DNA of 59,423 bases from an uncultured Dactylococcopsis sp. GTDB taxonomy: Bacteria > Cyanobacteriota > Cyanobacteriia > Cyanobacteriales > Rubidibacteraceae. The position numbers and the translations under genes are program-made. The DNA lies in contig CAZAYV010000002.1 of NCBI GenBank assembly GCA_964489465.1, positions 1 to 59,423 on the forward strand. The letters run 5' to 3'. Of this stretch, positions 21,105 to 31,656 are shown piece after piece. Position 1 is the stretch's first letter. Each line of letters begins with the position of its first letter. The notes under the pieces were generated by a model. It was not told the origin of the DNA and made no database searches. It saw only the letters and a program-made list of their open reading frames with translations.

Positions 21105-21686
21105 TTAATTCGACACTTCTGCCATTTCAATCACCTGTTCGTCTAAATCCTTCACTAAAAAATTCAACGGTTTCGTCCGACGCACCTTAAACTTTAATCG
21201 TCTGGCTTGAACCTGCAGTAAAATTTGTTCCAAACAATCGTGATCAAAACAGACATGACGCTGACGGTCTTTATGACCATAACTAGCCCCGGCAATAATG
21301 TGTAATTGGGTATTCTTTTTCAATTGATACCATAGTCCTTCCGTACCGTTATAACTGGGATTTGTTGAAATCCCCGGATTCGCTGACATATAGAGCGGAT
21401 CCATCGCCGTAGCCCCCAGAGACTGTTCATAGTTGTAATAATAGTGAAGCGGTACTTCGGCAATGGCTAAGTTTAAAACGCCCTCATAAAACTGGCGCGC
21501 TACTTCTAAATCCGTCACCATAACCGTGTGCACCTTAGGCGCACTCGTTAGAAACATCCACATTGCCCCAGCATAGGCAACTAAGAGCATGACCATAATG
21601 CCCTGTGTGGAAAAAACAGTGTCGAGACCGGGTAAAAATGCAGCAAAACCGGTAAAATTAACCATCGTTTCAGAAAGCATAAGCAA
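21105..21686 (-). CDS. VOC/glyoxalase-like protein with N-terminal TM
   Basis: HTVMVTDLEVARQFYEGVL, QLHII, RHVCF. Confidence 0.75.
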   Translation of the reverse strand: MLMLSETMVNFTGFAAFLPGLDTVFSTQGIMVMLLVAYAGAMWMFLTSAPKVHTVMVTDLEVARQFYEGVLNLAIAEVPLHYYYNYEQSLGATAMDPLYMSANPGISTNPSYNGTEGLWYQLKKNTQLHIIAGASYGHKDRQRHVCFDHDCLEQILLQVQARRLKFKVRRTKPLNFLVKDLDEQVIEMAEVSN

Positions 21687-21833
21687 ATCATTAAATATTA
21701 CGATAAAAATTCAGCGACAAACCCCGTTGGATGCGGTAAAGTGCAATTAATTGCTAGAACCAACCCTTAGGTTTAAATCCAGCTCAAGGCTAGCTTATCT
21801 TATTTTATCTTTATTATTGGGTGACGAAACGCC

Positions 21834-22448
21834 GTGCAGATACCTCGTTTTCCAGAAGCTCATCATCCTTTAGTGCAACCGTTATTTCATCATAGCGATT
21901 TAGAATTATTAACGCTGCTGCAACAACACCCAGAACAGGGCAAGCATTTTACTGCTATTTTTTGTCGCTATAGTCCTTTGATTTACACGATTATACGTCA
22001 TAGCGCGCGATCGCGCGTTCAATCGGATTATCTGTTTGCTCTGATTTGGCGACATTTATATTACGAAATGCAAGCTTTAAATCCCACTGAGTTAGAAGCA
22101 ATCGGCGATAACTCTTTACAAAGTTGGTTGATTAAAATGTCAGGGTTAGCGTTACGCGAAGTGGAAATTCCAGCAGTGGAAAGCATTAACTATAAGCTAG
22201 AAGCTGCTCCTCCCCCATTTTGGTGTTATCTTGAAATTGCTCTCAATCAATTACCTCCCATTGTGCGTCTCATCATCTTGATGGCACAAACCTTCCATTG
22301 GAGCGAAGCAGAGATTGCAGACTATTTACAAGAAATTGATGAACCGTTAACTTTAGAGGAGGTGAAACGCAAATTAGAAGAAGGATATCAACTCTTAGAA
22401 ACTGCTTTACCCGATGATATTCGCATGATTTATTTGCATAACAATTAG
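21834..22448 (+). CDS. Sigma-70/ECF-like sigma factor family protein
   Basis: AIFCRYSPLIY, SWLI, ALNQLPP...SEAEIA region-4-like HTH. Confidence 0.65.
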   Translation: MQIPRFPEAHHPLVQPLFHHSDLELLTLLQQHPEQGKHFTAIFCRYSPLIYTIIRHSARSRVQSDYLFALIWRHLYYEMQALNPTELEAIGDNSLQSWLIKMSGLALREVEIPAVESINYKLEAAPPPFWCYLEIALNQLPPIVRLIILMAQTFHWSEAEIADYLQEIDEPLTLEEVKRKLEEGYQLLETALPDDIRMIYLHNN

Positions 22449-22805
22449 GCAAAAAGATTGGGAAATCTTGAAACCCAAAGGCGTTTTGTCACCAGCAAAG
22501 GACTCATCACTTTGTCTCTCAAACAAGTAATCACTTTGAATCATGTCGTTGTTTTCCACACCTTATAACCTGGACGAACCAATATCGTTGCAAAGGTGAG
22601 TCTCCAGTGTCATCTAACCCATTTATTTTTTACCACTTCAGGTTAGCTCGGCAGTGTATTTAAAAAGAAGTATGGCAAGAAACTCGAGTTGTTGAAGTAA
22701 AATTAATGATGAATCAATTATTCTAGAAGATAGCTATGGGTTATCTTCACATCATTAAACCCAAACAACGTTAAGATAAATCTTATAGATATCTGACCCA
22801 AAACC

Positions 22806-23855
22806 ATGAGCGAAGCTGATACTCCTAAACCTTCTCCTTCTTCGGGTAACGAATATGATTCCATCGACGAACTCATTACGTTTGAAGATGACACAGACGA
22901 GAGTGATTCCCTTGATGAAGTGATTGCTGCATTGGAAAATTCCACCTCTACTTCAGAAACAAACGATCGTGATTCTTGTCTAGGTGATCGACGATTTAGG
23001 GAAGAACCCATCCCAGCAACGGCAAACACTGCCTTATCCCATCAACAACTTCAGGAACAAAACCACCAACTTTTACTCCGCACTGCTGAACTAAAAAGTG
23101 CCTTAGCAAATGCCCAAGCTGAATTAGAAGAGCAACAGTTGCGGTTGCGTGAAGCAGAAGACCTGAATGCCCAGCAAAATGACGAAATTAATGCTGCATC
23201 GGAACAAAATTTGAGTCTTTCTCAAGAGTTAAAAAACTATCGTCTTCAAGAAGAACAACACGTCGAGAAAATTACTCAACTCACGCACCAGTTACAAATT
23301 TCTCAGCAACGGGTTGCCCAACTCGAACGAGAATGTGCGCTAATTCAAAAGCAATTTCAAGAACAGTCTTACAAACTATGTCAAGCTGAAAAATATTCCC
23401 GAGAATTATCGTTCCGCCTACAGCAACAGCGTCGTCATACTTGGCAATTTAAGTCTGCTCTCAATAAATGCTTGGAAACAACGGCTGAAAAAGAGGATTA
23501 TGAACTGATCCCGAATCCAACTGTTTCTTCCCAACCCATCCCTGCTTGGTCGAGTCAACACAATAGTGATGATGGATCTCAAGATAAATCGGTTGACTTA
23601 GCAATTTCTTTCGAGGAAAATGCAGACGCTCAACCGGAGAGTGCCAATTTCTCAGCTGCAGAAGAGAACATTGCTTCTGGTGAAGCCACATCAGACGCTT
23701 TAACCGGCAATATTTCAGAACCTGAGGTTAAACCAAGCCTAACTGCTGTTGCTCAAAAAACCCGCTCTCGTTATTCTCCTGCTCCTCTACTGGTGTCAAG
23801 TCGTAAAAAGCGCCAATCTTATTCAGCAGTAGAATTACCCAAGTTTATTCGCTAG
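22806..23855 (+). CDS. Hypothetical coiled-coil protein
   Basis: Q/E/L-rich heptads, LERECA, QFKSALNKCLE, C-terminal VELPKF. Confidence 0.7.
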   Translation: MSEADTPKPSPSSGNEYDSIDELITFEDDTDESDSLDEVIAALENSTSTSETNDRDSCLGDRRFREEPIPATANTALSHQQLQEQNHQLLLRTAELKSALANAQAELEEQQLRLREAEDLNAQQNDEINAASEQNLSLSQELKNYRLQEEQHVEKITQLTHQLQISQQRVAQLERECALIQKQFQEQSYKLCQAEKYSRELSFRLQQQRRHTWQFKSALNKCLETTAEKEDYELIPNPTVSSQPIPAWSSQHNSDDGSQDKSVDLAISFEENADAQPESANFSAAEENIASGEATSDALTGNISEPEVKPSLTAVAQKTRSRYSPAPLLVSSRKKRQSYSAVELPKFIR

Positions 23856-23956
23856 CTAGTTTCTGCCATAAGGGCAGTGCGAAGAACACGGGCAATCGGT
23901 TAAACTAACCGCAATGGCACCTTGCTGAATTCATTTAGAAATACCCATTAATACTT

Positions 23957-24217
23957 ATGAGTGCAACTGAACTACTAACAAATAGTCTGGCTAATTTTCT
24001 CAATATTTATCTCCTTCTGATTTTTGTGCGGATTCTCTTAAGCTGGTTTCAAACAGCGGGCTGGGCACAACAGGCTATGTCATTCCTCAGCCCGGTCACT
24101 GATCCATATCTAAATATTTTCCGCTCTTTTATTCCCCCATTGGGTGGAATTGACTTATCACCGATTTTGGCAATTTTTAGCTTACAAATTATTTCTAGCT
24201 TATTAACCAGTGTTTAA
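23957..24217 (+). CDS. YggT/YlmG family membrane protein
   Basis: RILLSWF...TDPYLNIFRSFIPPLGGIDLSP. Confidence 0.9.
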   Translation: MSATELLTNSLANFLNIYLLLIFVRILLSWFQTAGWAQQAMSFLSPVTDPYLNIFRSFIPPLGGIDLSPILAIFSLQIISSLLTSV

Positions 24218-24658
24218 TTAAAACCGAACTCTCGGGCTGACACGGCTGGAAAAGCCAGAGGCTTTAAATTGCTCAAGCTGTAATGGCGTTGGTTGATTGG
24301 CCGGTACACTAATTCTGAGGCTAAACTCACTAACGCCAGGTGGGACTTCTGTGATTGAGCCGACACGGGTGCGGTTTTGTAGGACAGGGTTGCCATTGGC
24401 ATCATAAATGCGCCCAAAAACGTCTGCATCATAAATCGTTTTTCCCGAGGGGTTTTTTGCGATTCCCGTAATGAGAAAACAGCTTGCTGCGTTAGAACTA
24501 CCGCTGAGTAATCCGCCTTCATACTCTTCGGGACAGTCTTGATAGGAAAGATTAGAGAGTTTAATTTGTGTCATTGCCTCGGCATGAGGAGAGATGAATA
24601 ATCCTGCTAGCCAAAAGGTAAGAGACAGCGCAATTAAGGTTAGTTTTTGAAATCTCAT
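24218..24658 (-). CDS. Hypothetical exported protein
   Basis: Signal peptide (AEA), two Cys, DADVFGRIYDANG. Confidence 0.7.
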   Translation of the reverse strand: MRFQKLTLIALSLTFWLAGLFISPHAEAMTQIKLSNLSYQDCPEEYEGGLLSGSSNAASCFLITGIAKNPSGKTIYDADVFGRIYDANGNPVLQNRTRVGSITEVPPGVSEFSLRISVPANQPTPLQLEQFKASGFSSRVSPRVRF

Positions 24659-24784
24659 AAGTTATCAAGCTTCATGGATCGAAAATTCTGTTGTTAGCTT
24701 ATCGTATTCGCCGCGATCACAGACCTTCTTTCGGGGAAGAATGGATAAACAAGTCTTCAAGACTTCATGAAGATCATTATAGAT

Positions 24785-24817
24785 TGTAACTTTATATACA
24801 GAAATAAAAACTATAAT
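24785..24817 (+). promoter_or_regulatory. NtcA-type box TGTA-N8-TACA followed by a TATAAT -10
   Basis: tgta-actttata-taca at 24785-24800; tataat at 24812-24817. Confidence 0.55.
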
Positions 24818-24955
24818 AATATCTGGAGTGGATTAATAACGGATTAAGTGACGTTTTGATCAAGAAGGTTGCCAATGGTATTGGCATCCAAGCTGAAAGG
24901 GCGCTGCAACTGACTCAAGCCTCATATCCAATCATTCGTTGCTAAGGAGAAAATC

Positions 24956-25375
24956 ATGAGATTAACTTATCGTGGTATAAACTACGAACCCGAAACCATG
25001 CCCTTTGAAACCACTGAGGGAGAGGTAGGCGGAAAATATCGAGGACAACCTTGGCGTTATCATTATCCACGCCATATTCCAGAACTACCACCAAAACTGT
25101 GGTTGCAGTATCGAGGAGTCCGCTATAGCAAGCGTCCGGTGGTTCAGTCTTCTCAGCGACCAGAGAAGTTAATTCCAGCGGTGAACCCTCATTCGGAGTT
25201 CCCCAGTCCCCCGCACTTTACAACTCAGAAAGAAGAGACGGAAGCGGAACAAGTGCATCTAGAAAGCATCCGTCGTAACCTAGAACGTCGGATCTCAGTT
25301 GCAAAAGCAAAAGGCAATGAGCAACTGGTATCAATGTTAGAGCAAGAATATCAAGATTTGGCGATTAACTGCTAG
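24956..25375 (+). CDS. DUF4278 domain-containing protein
   Basis: MRLTYRGINY, GKYRG, LQYRGVRY; strong AAGGAG RBS. Confidence 0.85.
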   Translation: MRLTYRGINYEPETMPFETTEGEVGGKYRGQPWRYHYPRHIPELPPKLWLQYRGVRYSKRPVVQSSQRPEKLIPAVNPHSEFPSPPHFTTQKEETEAEQVHLESIRRNLERRISVAKAKGNEQLVSMLEQEYQDLAINC

Positions 25376-25522
25376 TTGGTTGTTAATGAGGGGGGGGATT
25401 GAGTCGGCACTACCACCCCCAACCCAATCATCAAGTATGGCTTGCTTGTTTTCGATCTGACCGGAAGCAAGAGGGAAAAGTATGGTATAACTCCCTCAGA
25501 GATTTTGTAGCTCATCATCAAT

Positions 25523-26158
25523 ATGAAAGGTCAGTTTATTGTTTTTGAAGGAATCGAGGGCGGAGGAAAAACGAGCCAAATTGAACAAATCCGAGAGTGG
25601 CTCCTTGCAGGAGGGTTAGGAAAATCCCTAGCAGTGATACAAACCCGGGAACCGGGTGGAACAGCGCTAGGTCAAAAGCTGCGATCGCTGCTGCTCAATG
25701 ACCACGATTGGCATATTGATTACCGTAGTGAGTTATTGTTATATGCTGCAGACCGGGCGCAACATGTCAATCAATTTTTGAAACCGCATTTGGAAGCGGG
25801 AACGATTATTCTCTGTGATCGTTTTATTGATTCCACCACCGCTTATCAAGGGTATGGGCGAGGCTTAGATTTAGACTTAATTCAACAACTCAATACCATT
25901 GCTGCTGACGGTTTGGAAAGTGACTTAACCTTGTGGTTGGATGTCGAGGTGGAAACGGGCTTGGCACGAGTGCAACAGCGAGGAAAGCGCGATCGCGTTG
26001 AACAAGCTGATATTGCATTTCACCAGCGAGTCAGACAAGGCTATAGGGCGCTCGCTGAACAATTTCCGCAACGGATTGTTCCTATTAACGCGAATCAATC
26101 GCCGCAGCAGGTGCAGCTGGAGATTCAGAAGGTTCTTCTTGCCTATTTCAACGCTTAA
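25523..26158 (+). CDS. tmk: Thymidylate kinase
   Basis: FEGIEGGGKTSQ, TREPGGT, LYAADRAQH, CDRF..ST.AYQG. Confidence 0.95.
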   Translation: MKGQFIVFEGIEGGGKTSQIEQIREWLLAGGLGKSLAVIQTREPGGTALGQKLRSLLLNDHDWHIDYRSELLLYAADRAQHVNQFLKPHLEAGTIILCDRFIDSTTAYQGYGRGLDLDLIQQLNTIAADGLESDLTLWLDVEVETGLARVQQRGKRDRVEQADIAFHQRVRQGYRALAEQFPQRIVPINANQSPQQVQLEIQKVLLAYFNA

Positions 26159-26216
26159 AGAAAAGAAGGACGAACTAACTGGCAATTCGCCCCAGCTTAG
26201 AAGCAATTAGTCGGTA

Positions 26217-26771
26217 TTAGTTGCTGCCATTGCCGACAAAAGCAAGGGTCAGGCTATCTTGGGCTAAGAAATGATCCAAGTGATAGGCTCTTTCTTCGGT
26301 TTCTAGTAAGATTTGCTCATATAAGTAGCGGGTTGCGCGATCGCCGAGGCTTTCCGCTTGCGCTGCTTGCTGACGTACCAGTTGAATTAAAGCTTGTTCG
26401 GCACTGAGGTCATGTTCGACCATGGTACGAACCGCATACATTCCATCTGCTTCCGGTTCAAAGCGACACAGTTCCGCTAACTTGCTGAAACTGGCAACGG
26501 GAACCCCACCCATGCCATTTAAGCGTTCCGCTAGATCATGAACATGACCTTGGACTTCCCCATAAGATTCTTGGAAAAATTGGTGTAAGGAATAAAATTC
26601 AGCGCCTTCAACCACAAAATGATGCTTTTGATATTGGATATAAAGGGCTTGGAAACTGGCAAGTGCAATGTTTAATCCTTCACATACGGGTTCTGTAACG
26701 TTTTTTTCTAATAAGACTGGATTATCTTTCACCTCTCCAAATGCTTGGAGTAAACCTTGTGCAGTAGCCAT
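26217..26771 (-). CDS. dps: Dps-family ferritin-like protein
   Basis: [29 protein letters not shown]. Confidence 0.9.
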   Translation of the reverse strand: MATAQGLLQAFGEVKDNPVLLEKNVTEPVCEGLNIALASFQALYIQYQKHHFVVEGAEFYSLHQFFQESYGEVQGHVHDLAERLNGMGGVPVASFSKLAELCRFEPEADGMYAVRTMVEHDLSAEQALIQLVRQQAAQAESLGDRATRYLYEQILLETEERAYHLDHFLAQDSLTLAFVGNGSN

Positions 26772-26918
26772 GGGAATTCCACCTCAGTAATTTTTTTGTT
26801 GCTTTTACCGAATATTAGCAAAAAAAATACTTATTGACAAATAAGAATCATCCTGTTTTTTATAATTGAGATTAATTACTATCAGTTAAATTATGACTGA
26901 CAAATAAACAATTAATAG

Positions 26919-27278
26919 TTAATTAGTAAAGTAAAAAGGTCGGACATAAATTTGTTGCGCGATCGCGCTAGCAAGTGTGACTTGTTGACCAATCACTTGT
27001 ACCCGTACAGCCCCTCGTTTGGTTGTTCCTAAAACGAGCAAGTAAGTTCCCACGGCAACCCCAGGAATGGGAAAATCAAACTGATTCGGAAGAGCCGCAA
27101 TTTGCACCCAATTGCCTTCTGTTACTTCGACCAGGGAAAAACTATTGGCAGGACGAGAGGTTTTCGGTTGATTAAATTGACCGCCTAAATAGCTAAAATG
27201 CCAAGGTTTCTGTCGCTGCTGATCGTTTTTCTTATCATGATGATCAGGGTGGGCTTGTGAAAAAAAATTAAACGACAT
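26919..27278 (-). CDS. FeoA-like protein (divergent)
   Basis: C-terminal SH3-like G...GT.L.VL...GAV.V......L....AQQIYV; lies in an iron-related cluster. Confidence 0.55.
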   Translation of the reverse strand: MSFNFFSQAHPDHHDKKNDQQRQKPWHFSYLGGQFNQPKTSRPANSFSLVEVTEGNWVQIAALPNQFDFPIPGVAVGTYLLVLGTTKRGAVRVQVIGQQVTLASAIAQQIYVRPFYFTN

Positions 27279-27301
27279 TACTATTAATAACTAAACTACA
27301 G

Positions 27302-27565
27302 TTAATTCTGTTGAGCAGCGGGTAGATGCCAACATTGATTGAGATAGTGACATAGGGTGTCACGGGAAGCAGAGACGCGCCACATGACACGCCAAAACTG
27401 CCAAACTTTCAGTGGCGTTGCCAATTCAACTTCCAAAGGGTGATTGCAACGACAGTAACAGGGAATGTCCAACTCCAATAACCGTTGGTACACTTGCCAA
27501 CGTTCGGTACATTTGCAAGAAATTTGCGTCCTTATTGCTGTTGGTTCAGAAAAATTATGACTCAT
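27302..27565 (-). CDS. Asr1405/Asl0597-family protein
   Basis: RWQVYQRLLELDIPC.C....PL.V.......QFW.V......R..L...L..CW. Confidence 0.75.
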   Translation of the reverse strand: MSHNFSEPTAIRTQISCKCTERWQVYQRLLELDIPCYCRCNHPLEVELATPLKVWQFWRVMWRVSASRDTLCHYLNQCWHLPAAQQN

Positions 27566-27907
27566 ACTTTCAATAAACAAGAAAAATTTGCAATTAATAA
27601 CGAAATAAAGATCAATCGTTCCGTACTCTCGGCTGAGAAAAAACAAAGCTGAGGATCCGGAAATTGAATTGTAGTTGCTAGTGTACCCTTAAAGATAATA
27701 GTTTGCAACTGTAATTTTAATTTTTTTCATTATCGTTGAACCAGCGTAGCCTGGAAAGGAAGCACTGTCTCGATATATCTATGCTTTGAGAGAACTTCAC
27801 CCTTAACAGATGTTAATTTTTGCGATCAGAAGCTCGGGACAGATGCTGATGAATAATTGCAATAATTACCACGTTTCTGAAGCACGAGGGCTTCGAGTCA
27901 GCTTAGC

Positions 27908-29662
27908 TTACATCCGTTCTAAAACTTCAATGCCGAGTAATGATAATCCGAGTTTGAGGGTACGGGCCGTTAAATCGGCTAACATCAAGCGAGAACTGCG
28001 TTTCGGTTCTTCGGCTTGTAAGACCGGACAGCGGTCATAAAATTGGTTGAATTTTTGGGAAAGTTCAAAAAGATATTGACACAGGCGGTTTGGCAGTAAA
28101 TCTTGTTCCACTTCTTTGAGGATATCGCTCAGTTGGAGGATATGCTTTGCCAACACCAGTTCACTCTCATCTTCTAGAGAAAGGTTTTCATTAGCGAGGG
28201 TGGTAAAGTCAATATTGCCTTTGCGACTGATTCCTTGTACCCGAACATAGGCATAGAGGAGGTAAGGGGCGGTATTGCCTTGTAAGGCAAGCATTTTGTC
28301 GTAGCTGAAAACATAGTTACTGGTGCGATTCCGACTGAGATCGGCATATTTAACAGCACTGATCCCAACAACAAGGGCGGTTTTTTCAATAAAGGCTTCG
28401 CTTTCGCTGCGTCCTTCTTCGGTAAAGCGTTTTTCTAAATCTTGGCGCGATCGCGCGATCGCTTCATCTAATAAATCGCGCAGGCGAACCGTTTCCCCGG
28501 AACGGGTTTTCAGTTTCTTGCCATCTTCTCCCTGTACTAAGCCAAACGGCACATGCACCAACTCTACTTCTTCAGGAACCCAACCTGCCCGTTTTGCTAC
28601 TTGAAAGACTTGCGCAAAGTGATTGGATTGGCCGGCATCGGTGACATAAATAATCCGTTGTGCCCCATCTTCGCGAATGCGATAGCGAATTGCTGCTAAG
28701 TCGGTTGTCGCGTAGTTATAGCCGCCATCCGTTTTTTGTACAATTAAAGGCAAGCGTTCCCCAGACTTATTACTAAAGCCTTCGAGAAATACACATTTTG
28801 CCCCTTGGTCTTCTTCCACTAAGCCCGTTGCTTCCAATTCTTTGACCACATCCGGTAAAAAAGGATTATAGAAGGACTCACCACGTTCGGTTAAGTCCAC
28901 TCCTAATAGGTCATAGATAACCTGAAACTCTCGTCGCGATTGTTCACAAAGTAATTTCCAAGCTTGAACACTGGTTTTGTCTCCCCGTTGCAGTTTCACC
29001 ACTTCTTCTCGCGCTGTTTTTTGGAATTGTTCATCCTCATCAAAGCGTTTTTTAGCCTCCCGATAGAGAGAGACTAAATCGCCTAAAGCAAGGGCATCCG
29101 CTTTCGTTAACGCCTCTGGATAGGCTTCTCGTAAATAGGCAATTAACATCCCAAACTGAGTTCCCCAGTCACCAACATGGTTGAGGCGTAAGACATCGTG
29201 ACCGCGAAACTCCAAAATGCGGGCAATACAATCGCCGATAATTGTAGAACGCAAGTGTCCCACGTGCATTTCTTTAGCAATGTTGGGACTGGAAAAGTCT
29301 ACAATCACCCGTTGTGGGGTTTCTGCTTTTTCTGCACCCAATTGACTGTCTTGGGCGATGGTTTGGAGAAGAGTTTGTAAAGCGGTCGGTTTCAGCCTTA
29401 AATTAATAAAACCCGGTCCCGCAATTTCGGGGGGATCACATAAGGCAGAAACATCCAGATGATCGATAATTTGCTGGGCAGTCTCTCTCGGCTTTTGTTT
29501 TAACTGCTTCCCCAGAGATAGGGCAATATTCGATTGATAATCGCCAAACTCGGGTTTTGCCGCCGGCACCACTAAAGGATCGGTGTCTGCATAATCATCT
29601 CCAAAGGCGCTAACAAGGGCGTGGGAAAACGATTGTCGCAGTTGCTCAAGTAAAGAATACAT
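27908..29662 (-). CDS. argS: Arginine--tRNA ligase
   Basis: [43 protein letters not shown]. Confidence 0.97.
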   Translation of the reverse strand: MYSLLEQLRQSFSHALVSAFGDDYADTDPLVVPAAKPEFGDYQSNIALSLGKQLKQKPRETAQQIIDHLDVSALCDPPEIAGPGFINLRLKPTALQTLLQTIAQDSQLGAEKAETPQRVIVDFSSPNIAKEMHVGHLRSTIIGDCIARILEFRGHDVLRLNHVGDWGTQFGMLIAYLREAYPEALTKADALALGDLVSLYREAKKRFDEDEQFQKTAREEVVKLQRGDKTSVQAWKLLCEQSRREFQVIYDLLGVDLTERGESFYNPFLPDVVKELEATGLVEEDQGAKCVFLEGFSNKSGERLPLIVQKTDGGYNYATTDLAAIRYRIREDGAQRIIYVTDAGQSNHFAQVFQVAKRAGWVPEEVELVHVPFGLVQGEDGKKLKTRSGETVRLRDLLDEAIARSRQDLEKRFTEEGRSESEAFIEKTALVVGISAVKYADLSRNRTSNYVFSYDKMLALQGNTAPYLLYAYVRVQGISRKGNIDFTTLANENLSLEDESELVLAKHILQLSDILKEVEQDLLPNRLCQYLFELSQKFNQFYDRCPVLQAEEPKRSSRLMLADLTARTLKLGLSLLGIEVLERM

Positions 29663-29770
29663 AATAACAGTTCATTTTATCGGGTTTTTGATCAGTGAAT
29701 TGAGGAGTGATCAAATAACGAATGACCAATGACTAATCCCCCCTCAAATTGCCCTAATGATTCTACTACA

Positions 29771-31120
29771 TTAGGGAGTGACAACCAGCGAATTGGCTTC
29801 CGCTTGAAAGCCTTGGGCTTTTAATTGCTGAGAAACCAGACTGGCATCTTTGACCCAATATTGTTGTCCAAACCGAACCAGTTCCTGTTGATTGCCCACT
29901 TTAATTCTGCCAATGACGGGCACTTTCGCTTCGTTCTTTTTGCCGGCAAATTGCTTTAAGGTTTGCTGTAACTTTTCTTGCTGGGCGCGATCGCGCGCTT
30001 GTTCTAAACTAAAATCAACCATCACCATTTTCACTTTTTCAATGGGTTCAGCATCTTCAATAATCATCTGTAAACGATCATCTTTCTGGTCAATTTTTCC
30101 CCACACGATCAACCGGGCATCTTCTTCTAAATAAGCACTCACTCGTTCGTAGGAACTCGGGAAAATCACCCCTTCCATTTGTCCGGATATATCTTCCATT
30201 TGCACAAATGCCATCGGATCATTATTTCGGGTCATAATTTTCTTCACTTCGGTGAGTAAAATAATGGCACTCACCGGCTTTTTCTTGGGAAGATTGTCTT
30301 TATCCCCTAACATCACTGCCGACAGCATGGCACTCGCGGGTTTTGTTGCCTTCAAAGGGTGGTCAGAGACATAAAAACCTAATAAATCTTTTTCGTGTTT
30401 CAGCTTATCGGTGGCACTAAAATCTTCTACCGGTGAGGCAATAGGGACATCTTTATAGTTTGGCTGATCATTATTATTGTCTTTGCCGCTATTCAAGGAA
30501 TCAAAGAGGTTGGTTTGTCCACTGGCTTGATCTTTTGCGCGACTTTGCGCCCAACTTAAAACCGGTTCTAAATCATGTAAAAGTTGATTGCGATTTGAGT
30601 TGATGGTGTCAAACGCGCCACAATAAATTAATGCTTCTAAAGCGCGGCGGTTCACCGTATGGAGGTCAACTCGGGCACACAAGTCCGCTAAGGAGGTAAA
30701 CTGACCCCCTGCTTGGTCTCTTGCGTTTAAGATATTTTCAATTGCCCCTTGTCCTAGGTTTCTGACCGCCGATAAACCAAAGAGAATATTATCATTATCG
30801 GGGGTAAAATCAATTTGTGAACGATTAATATCTGGCGGTTCCACCTCAATATTCATCCGCCGACAGGTATCAATATATTTCTCGACTTTGTCGGTATTAT
30901 TGCTGCTGGCTGTGAGGAGGGCAGCCATGTATTCGACTGGGTAGTTTGCTTTCAGATAAGCGGTTTGATAAGTCACATAAGCGTAAGCCGTGGAGTGCGA
31001 TTTGTTAAAACAATTGGACGCGACACAACCATTAGCCAAGAGAAAATTATGATCGTTCTCCACGCCAATATCATAAACATTTTGTTTTCCCAGTGATTGA
31101 CGATTGATAATTTTAACCAT
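29771..31120 (-). CDS. dnaE: DNA polymerase III alpha, C-terminal half (DnaE-c) with split intein C-part
   Basis: [33 protein letters not shown]|CFNKSHS, then DnaE HhH and OB domains. Confidence 0.95.
   Translation of the reverse strand: MVKIINRQSLGKQNVYDIGVENDHNFLLANGCVASNCFNKSHSTAYAYVTYQTAYLKANYPVEYMAALLTASSNNTDKVEKYIDTCRRMNIEVEPPDINRSQIDFTPDNDNILFGLSAVRNLGQGAIENILNARDQAGGQFTSLADLCARVDLHTVNRRALEALIYCGAFDTINSNRNQLLHDLEPVLSWAQSRAKDQASGQTNLFDSLNSGKDNNNDQPNYKDVPIASPVEDFSATDKLKHEKDLLGFYVSDHPLKATKPASAMLSAVMLGDKDNLPKKKPVSAIILLTEVKKIMTRNNDPMAFVQMEDISGQMEGVIFPSSYERVSAYLEEDARLIVWGKIDQKDDRLQMIIEDAEPIEKVKMVMVDFSLEQARDRAQQEKLQQTLKQFAGKKNEAKVPVIGRIKVGNQQELVRFGQQYWVKDASLVSQQLKAQGFQAEANSLVVTP
31013..31120 (-). 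other. DnaE split intein Int-C (36 aa)
   Basis: Ends in ASN followed by the CFN extein. Confidence 0.95.
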
Positions 31121-31201
31121 ACGTTTAATATGAATTAGGAAAAAGAGAGGAAAAGACCGAGAATGAAAATTAGCCAAATCATCATTCTGCTGTCCTTTCC
31201 C

Positions 31202-31348
31202 ATGAATAGTATAGACCTTGAAACCCTATTAGTAACAGTGTTCGTCATTGTTGATGACTGGTATCAAAAAGCCGTCCCTCCCCGAAGCCATCTGCCCGGA
31301 GTCAAACCCAAATTCAGTGACAGTGAAATTCTTACCCTCGCTTTAATT
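31202..31348 (+). mobile_element. Transposase 5' remnant (IS982-like)
   Basis: LLVTVFVIVDDWYQ...GVKPKFSDSEILTLAL resembles an IS982 transposase N-terminus; remainder absent. Confidence 0.6.
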
Positions 31349-31656
31349 ACGCTTGGTGTGACTGCCTTGAAAACGAAGGAAGCGTTAGTGTTAGTCCAGT
31401 CGGAAGAAATGGCAAGCTACCTGGAAATGCTGGCTAATGCTGTTGCCGATGGTCTATGGAATTTTGCCGCCAGTGGATATGCCAAGAACCATTTGTTATT
31501 TTCAACAGCGTGTCTTGAGTAGACCTCTTGCATGAATCGGGAGAAGAAAAAAGAGGTAAAAGAAATTAAGAGATGGGACTTTAATTGTTGGAAAGTTTGG
31601 GAATCAAATTGCGTGGTTAATAGAGAAACTATAGAATGCAATCCCAATAGTTTAAC

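Noticed and set aside
24830-24955. Glutamine (glnA) riboswitch upstream of DUF4278
   Set aside because: Expected from context, but I could not find the conserved CGTT...GGAAG...GAAGGAACG core; only a short GCCAAT/ATTGGC hairpin is visible. An Rfam scan is needed.
31349-31647. ORFs 31163-31522 and 31417-31647 as real genes
   Set aside because: The first is a transposase fragment running into unrelated sequence; the second has no recognisable features.
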